Source: an uncultured Microthrixaceae bacterium
GTDB lineage: Bacteria > Actinomycetota > Acidimicrobiia > Acidimicrobiales > DATDAH01
Length of the DNA: 64,000 bases
Reading direction: 5' to 3'
Assembly (NCBI GenBank): GCA_963823495.1
Contig: CAWGLV010000001.1
Location: 835,878-899,877, forward strand
This document shows positions 59,533 to 64,000 of the stretch, one piece after another. The first letter of the stretch is position 1. Every line of letters begins with the position of its first letter. Position numbers and translations under genes: made by a program. The notes below the pieces were generated by a model, which was given only the letters and a program-made list of their open reading frames with translations, made no database searches and was not told the DNA's origin.

Positions 59533-60750
59533 GTGAGGCGGGCTTTCGTCGTCCTCGCGGCGCTCCTCGTCGGTCTGGCCGTGGGGCTGGGGAGCGCGCT
59601 GGCAATAGCGGGCGGCGGGTCGCGCGGGGCCTCTCCCGCGATGTCGACCGTCGCGCCGACCACGACTGCTCCGAACAGACCCCTCCGGGCCACCCTCCCG
59701 ACGCGGCCGGCCGTTCCGGCCGCGGAGTCCGGGGTGCTGTTGGCCTGGACGGCCGGGGGCCTTCCGGCCGGATTTCCCGAGGCCGTGCGTGCCCTCTCCG
59801 GGGTTCGAGACCTCACGGTTGTGCGAGGAGACCTCCGGGGCCTGGTGGCGGCCACCGATCGCTTCGGGCAGACCGTGGAACGTGTTCGCCCGGGCTGGGT
59901 GGTGCCCCTTGACGTTCTGGCCGTGGATCCACGCCGTTACGGGGTGTTCGTGGACCGCTCGACCCGGCTGGCCCTCGCCCGGCTCGGCCGGGACGACGTC
60001 CTGTTGAGCGAGACCTCCGCCACCCTCCGGGGTGTCGAGGCAGGGGGTCACCTGCAGTTGGCATCGGGACCTCGACTCACGGTGGCCGGTGTCGTGCCCG
60101 ACACGGGAGTCGCCGGGGCCGAGGCGGTCGTCAACTTGGCCACCGGGGTCGCGGCGGGCGCCGTCACCGAGCGCTACGTGCTGGTGCGCCACCGGGGTGA
60201 TCGGGCGCCGTTGGATCGGGCAATCCGGTCGTTGACCGACGAGGCGGTTCGCACCCGGGCGGCCGGCGAGACCCCGTTCCTTCGCCACGCCGACGCCGTC
60301 CTTCCCCAAGCCCTGATCAAGGCCCGTTTCGGTGAGTTCTCCTACCGAGGGACCGGTGTCGGGCCGGTCGTACTCGAGCCGCGGTGGGTGGCGGAGAACA
60401 TCGTGACGGTGGACCTGCCGGTCCTTGGCCGCACCACATGTCACCGGGCGCTGCTCCCCGCGCTGCGCGGTGCCCTCGACGAGTTGGTCGCGGCCAACCT
60501 CGCCCACCTGGTCGCCAGCTTCGAGGGCTGTTACAGCCCGCGCACCGTGGCCGGCAGCAGCCAGCTGTCCCGCCATGCGTGGGGCGCGGCGGTCGATGTC
60601 AACTTCTCGGTCAACCCGACCGGCACCAGCACGGTCCAGGATCCGCGCCTCGTGACGGTGCTCGAGCGATGGGGCTTCGGCTCCGGTGACCTGTGGCTGG
60701 TGCCCGACAGCGGCCACTTCGAGTACATCGCCCCGCCTGCCCCGGGCTGA
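59533..60750 (+). CDS. Secreted/membrane-anchored protein with C-terminal M15-family (VanY/D-Ala-D-Ala carboxypeptidase-like) domain
   Basis: 405 aa with a GTG start and an N-terminal signal/anchor. The C-terminal motifs are SRHAWGAAVD (H-x6-D) and GDLWLVPDSGHFEY. The middle region resembles a MacB/FtsX-type extracytoplasmic domain (weak). Confidence 0.8.
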   Translation: MRRAFVVLAALLVGLAVGLGSALAIAGGGSRGASPAMSTVAPTTTAPNRPLRATLPTRPAVPAAESGVLLAWTAGGLPAGFPEAVRALSGVRDLTVVRGDLRGLVAATDRFGQTVERVRPGWVVPLDVLAVDPRRYGVFVDRSTRLALARLGRDDVLLSETSATLRGVEAGGHLQLASGPRLTVAGVVPDTGVAGAEAVVNLATGVAAGAVTERYVLVRHRGDRAPLDRAIRSLTDEAVRTRAAGETPFLRHADAVLPQALIKARFGEFSYRGTGVGPVVLEPRWVAENIVTVDLPVLGRTTCHRALLPALRGALDELVAANLAHLVASFEGCYSPRTVAGSSQLSRHAWGAAVDVNFSVNPTGTSTVQDPRLVTVLERWGFGSGDLWLVPDSGHFEYIAPPAPG

Positions 60751-60771
60751 GCGGTGGCCTCCTGGGCCCGA

Positions 60772-61227
60772 TCAGATGGTCTGGACGATGAGGACCGCGC
60801 AGCGGGCCTGGTGGGTGATGGAGTTGGGGACGCTGCCCAGGACCCGGCGGGCGCCGTGCATGCCCTTGCTGCCGACGACGACGAGATCGGCGTCGACCTC
60901 CTCGGCCACCTGCAGGATGACCTCGGCGGGCTCGCCGGGCAGGACGTGGGTGTGGGTCGTGGTCGCGGCATCCTTGGCCACCCGGTCCAGGAAGCTCACG
61001 GCGTGGCGCCGGGCATCACCTTGGCCGGGGCCTTCGGATCGTGGCTCCCCGCCCGTCAACGCGGCGCCGGGCACCATGGCCGACAGCGGGGCCCCCCGCT
61101 CGGTGCCCCCGATGGCCGAGACCAGATGGACCTCTCCACCGGTCAGCGCCCCCAGTTCCAGGGCCCGCTCGGCGGCCATTGCGGCTGTCGCCGCCTGGTT
61201 CACCCCGACGACGATTCGCTCGAACAC
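60772..61227 (-). CDS. Universal stress protein (UspA family)
   Basis: GTG at residue 100 of track ORF 60772..61524, preceded by AGGAGGA. FERIVVGV and DLVVVGSKGMHGARRVLGSVPNSITHQARCAVLIV are family-typical. Confidence 0.8.
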   Translation of the reverse strand: MFERIVVGVNQAATAAMAAERALELGALTGGEVHLVSAIGGTERGAPLSAMVPGAALTGGEPRSEGPGQGDARRHAVSFLDRVAKDAATTTHTHVLPGEPAEVILQVAEEVDADLVVVGSKGMHGARRVLGSVPNSITHQARCAVLIVQTI

Positions 61228-61291
61228 CTGGATCCTCCTGAAGGCCGACGTCCACCGCAGCTTCCCACAGCGGGGACGTCGCCGGGCGCGG

Positions 61292-62083
61292 TCAGCCGTC
61301 GGGGAGCTCCGGAGCCCAGGGTGATCCGTTGATGTGGCTCCCGCCGTCCACGAAGAGCGTGTTGCCCGTGAGGTAGCGGCAGTCCTCCGAGGCCAGGAAC
61401 AGGGCCACGGGGGCGATGTCGGCCTCGGGGTCACCGAGGCGACCCATCGGGTTGGCGGCGTCGGCCACCGTCTCCAGTTCGGGGTGCTCGGCGAAGACCG
61501 CCCGGGAGGCGGCGGTCTTGGCACCGGGACAGATGGCGTTGGCGGTGATCCCGTGGGGCGCCCACTCGCGCGCCGCGGTCCGGGTCAGGGCGCGCAGGGC
61601 CTCCTTGGCCGAGTTGTACTCGGCGGTGCCGATGTGGGCGTTGACGCCGTTGAGCGAGCAGAGGTTGATGATCCGGCCCCAGCCCTGGTCGCGCATGTGG
61701 GGGAAGGCGGCCTGCATCGCCCAGAACGGGCCGTAGAAGCCGACCTCGAAGCCGTGGGCGAACAACTCGTCGGTCTTGTTCTCGACCCGACTCAGGCGCC
61801 CACCGCCCCAGGCGTTGTTGACGAGGATGTGCACGGTGCCCCAGGCGTCGACGGCGTCGCCCACCATCGCGACGACATCGTCCTTGCGGGAGACGTCGGT
61901 GGCCAGGAAGCGGGCGTCGGGGCCGAGCGACCGGGCGACCGCGGCACCCTTGTCGGCGTCGAGCTCGGCGACCAGGACCCGGGCGCCCTCGGCGGCGAAG
62001 CACCCGGCGATGGCTCGCCCGATGCCGTCCCCCGCTCCGGTCACCACCGCGACCCGCCCCTCCAACCGTCCCGTCATCGCCAC
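61292..62083 (-). CDS. Short-chain dehydrogenase/reductase (SDR)
   Basis: 263 aa with TGAGDGIGRA, NNAW and the catalytic YNSAK motif. Confidence 0.9.
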   Translation of the reverse strand: MAMTGRLEGRVAVVTGAGDGIGRAIAGCFAAEGARVLVAELDADKGAAVARSLGPDARFLATDVSRKDDVVAMVGDAVDAWGTVHILVNNAWGGGRLSRVENKTDELFAHGFEVGFYGPFWAMQAAFPHMRDQGWGRIINLCSLNGVNAHIGTAEYNSAKEALRALTRTAAREWAPHGITANAICPGAKTAASRAVFAEHPELETVADAANPMGRLGDPEADIAPVALFLASEDCRYLTGNTLFVDGGSHINGSPWAPELPDG

Positions 62084-62117
62084 TCCCTGGTTCCGCCCGG
62101 GAGCAGCCTCGCGCGAC

Positions 62118-63608
62118 TCAGGGCAGTTCGGGGATCTCGTCGTCCTCCAGCCACGCCTCGAACAGCGGGCCGAGGTCCTCGCCGCTGATCTCCTCGGACA
62201 GGGCGATGAAGCCCTCGGTGGTCACGTTGCCGTCTCGGAACTCCGACGACCAGCGCTGGAGGATCTCGAAGAACGCCTCGTCCCCGACCGTGCGCCGGAG
62301 GGCGTGCAACGTGAGACCGCCCCGCTGGTAGACCGCTTCGGAGAACCATCGGTCGACCCCGGGGTCGAGGATCGGGTCCTCGTCGAAGCCCACCAGCGAC
62401 AGCCGGCGGGACGCCGCGTCGGCGTCGATGTCGTAGCCGTCCTCGGTCGCCTCGGACCAGAGCAGTTCGGCATAGGTGGCGAAGCCCTCGTTGAGCCAGA
62501 TGTCGGCCCACGTGTTCGGGGTCAGGGAGTCGCCGAACCACTGGTGGGCGAGCTCGTGGGCCTGGAACTCGTCGAACGCGGCGACATCGATGCCGAAGGT
62601 GGACCGGCCCTGGGTCTCGAGGGCGTAGCCGAGGGACTCGGGGATCACGATGGCCCCGTACTCGTCGAAGGGATAGGGGCCGAACAGCTCCTCGAAGACC
62701 TCGATCATCTCCCCGGCGTCGGCGAACTCCCGGGTGAGGCGTTCGGCGGCCGCCGGCGGATAGAAGCTGACGAGCGGAACGCCACCGTCGGTCTCCTCCT
62801 CGACCACCTGGAACCGGTCGATGGCGACCGTCACCAGATAGGTGGCGATCGGATCGTCCTCCGCCCAGGCCCACGTGACGTCGTCGCCCGCGCGGCGCTG
62901 GCCCTCGAAGGTCCCGTTGGAGGCCACCACCCAGCCCGGGGGGGTGGTGGCCATGAGGGAGAGGGTGGCCTTGTCCGACGGGTGGTCGTTGCCCGGGAAC
63001 CAGGTTGCCGCTCCGTCGGGCTCGCCGATCACGAAGGCCCCGCCCTCGCCGGTCGTGAGCCAGCCGGTGGGGAACCCGGCGCTGATCACCGGCTCGGGGA
63101 CCCCCGAGTACGCCATCTCGGTGACGAACTCCTCCCCTTCCGGGATCGGCGCGTCCGGGGTGATGCGCACGTCGCGTCCGTCGACGTCGACCTCGGCGGG
63201 CTCGCCGTCGACGGTCACCTCGCCCATCTCCAGTTCGTACAGGTCGACCGAGAAGCCGGCGAGGTCATCCTCGGCGCGGGCGGTCATCGTGGTCACCCCC
63301 TCGATGCGGCCGTCGTCGGGGCCGTAGGTGAACCCGATGTCGTAGTGCAGGGCGTCGTAACCGGTGGCCCCGCTGTCGGGCGCGTAGTCGTCACCGACGG
63401 TGTCCTCCCCGACCACGCCCTCCGGCGCGGCGGCCTCCGGGGGTGAGGTCGTGGTCGTCGGGGACGAGGGGTCGTCGTCGCTGTCGCCGCTCACGAGGAC
63501 GACCACGGTGGCCACGACCACCAGGACCGCGACGATCGCCGCGATCAGGATGGCGCGGCGGGTCCGCGTCCGGCCCGTCGGATCGGTTGGGGGACTGGTC
63601 TCGGTCAC
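62118..63608 (-). CDS. M1-family zinc aminopeptidase, membrane-anchored
   Basis: 496 aa with an N-terminal TM helix and a GEPDGAATWFPGNDHP exopeptidase-like region. HELAHQWFGD plus WLNEGFATY form the HExxH-x18-E motif. Confidence 0.9.
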   Translation of the reverse strand: MTETSPPTDPTGRTRTRRAILIAAIVAVLVVVATVVVLVSGDSDDDPSSPTTTTSPPEAAAPEGVVGEDTVGDDYAPDSGATGYDALHYDIGFTYGPDDGRIEGVTTMTARAEDDLAGFSVDLYELEMGEVTVDGEPAEVDVDGRDVRITPDAPIPEGEEFVTEMAYSGVPEPVISAGFPTGWLTTGEGGAFVIGEPDGAATWFPGNDHPSDKATLSLMATTPPGWVVASNGTFEGQRRAGDDVTWAWAEDDPIATYLVTVAIDRFQVVEEETDGGVPLVSFYPPAAAERLTREFADAGEMIEVFEELFGPYPFDEYGAIVIPESLGYALETQGRSTFGIDVAAFDEFQAHELAHQWFGDSLTPNTWADIWLNEGFATYAELLWSEATEDGYDIDADAASRRLSLVGFDEDPILDPGVDRWFSEAVYQRGGLTLHALRRTVGDEAFFEILQRWSSEFRDGNVTTEGFIALSEEISGEDLGPLFEAWLEDDEIPELP

Positions 63609-63732
63609 GGCTCGGTCGGGTCGGGTCGGGGGCGCGTCACCGCAGTCAACCAGAAGCGGCGGCGATCCATCGATCAGCCGGAACCCGACGGTCCGGACCG
63701 GCCAGGCTCCCGGTGCCTCTACGGTCGGGGCG

Positions 63733-64000
63733 ATGTGGCCCGGAGTCCATGCCCAGGGGCGTCCCGATCATCCCGCGGTCGTCATGGCCCGCTCCGGCGA
63801 GGTGGTCACCTACGCCGAACTCGAGGAGCGGTCGGTCCGCCTGGCCCGGCTCTGGGCCGACGCCGGCCTGGAGTTCGGCGACCACGTCGCCCTGTTGATC
63901 GAGAACCAGGCCCGGTTCTTCGAGGTGTGCTGGGCGGCGCAGCGGTCCGGTCTCTACTACACGGCGGTGAACACCCATCTCAACGCGGACGAGGTCGCCT
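63733..64000 (+). CDS. AMP-dependent acyl-CoA synthetase, N-terminal fragment (runs off the window)
   Basis: Hand translation from ATG at 63733 gives MWPGVHAQGRPDHPAVVMARSGEVVTYAELEERSVRLARLWADAGLEFGDHVALLIENQARFFEVCWAAQRSGLYYTAVNTHLNADEVA, a typical FadD-like N-terminus. It is not in the ORF track because there is no stop in the window. Confidence 0.7.
   Translation, partial: MWPGVHAQGRPDHPAVVMARSGEVVTYAELEERSVRLARLWADAGLEFGDHVALLIENQARFFEVCWAAQRSGLYYTAVNTHLNADEVA

Noticed and set aside
57531-59855. 774-aa minus-strand ORF.
   Set aside because: It is antisense to the anti-sigma factor gene, whose zf-HC2 motif, TM helix and operon coupling support the plus strand. The translation is R/G/P-rich.

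Overview
This is a very GC-rich (about 70% by eye, not computed), gene-dense chromosomal segment. Its content looks actinobacterial: two MMPL transporters, luciferase-like (LLM) oxidoreductases, an ECF sigma module and a seven-gene Mrp antiporter. The taxon is an inference. I can support 56 protein-coding genes. Two of them run off the window edges and are therefore missing from the ORF track (1..1119 minus, 63733..64000 plus). I saw no rRNA, tRNA, CRISPR array, transposase, integrase or phage gene, and no compositional island. Many of the longest ORFs in the track are Arg/Gly/Pro-rich antisense or out-of-frame shadows of real genes, or real genes fused to spurious N-terminal extensions. I re-derived internal starts by counting residues in the track translations. 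Start/stop overlaps of 4 nt (ATGA, GTGA) are common.

Gene content, in order:
- family III CoA-transferase, a tandem-DUF35 protein and two thiolase-fold proteins
- membrane sulfatase-like protein
- beta-phosphoglucomutase and a GH65 phosphorylase
- acyl-CoA synthetase
- mrpABCDEFG
- alpha/beta hydrolase, MMPL transporter, tdk
- secreted LAS-type zinc peptidase fused to FG-GAP repeats
- ABC-2 transporter, GerMN lipoprotein, P2-type ATPase
- small membrane proteins
- FAD and LLM oxidoreductases
- aguA and aguB followed by two MFS transporters
- ABC-F ATPase
- EamA exporter with a divergent XRE-cupin regulator
- second MMPL transporter
- esterase, SnoaL-like and ABM proteins, an atypical CoA-transferase-like protein and an amidohydrolase
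- His-rich membrane protein
- DJ-1 protein and GlxA regulator
- lipoproteins, then an ECF sigma, anti-sigma and M15 peptidase operon
- USP, SDR, M1 aminopeptidase and a partial acyl-CoA synthetase

I did not find a clear novel multi-gene system such as a defence island. The signals that the gene list does not explain are:
1. A dispersed family of about 52-nt palindromic REP/MITE-like elements. There are five type-1 copies and two type-2 copies of 51 nt. They mostly lie just 3' of stop codons, show compensatory stem substitutions, and one copy is embedded in-frame in an ORF.
2. That ORF itself, a domain-permuted CoA-transferase-like protein.
3. A mirror-symmetric pair of ECF-type promoter motifs (GAACC-N16-CGTC in both directions). 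They link the ECF sigma/anti-sigma/M15 peptidase operon to a divergent beta-propeller lipoprotein.
4. A tandem-DUF35 protein coupled to two thiolase-fold proteins that both appear to lack the nucleophilic Cys.
5. A LAS peptidase fused to an FG-GAP propeller.

All functional calls rest on my recognition of motifs in the translations. No database search was run.
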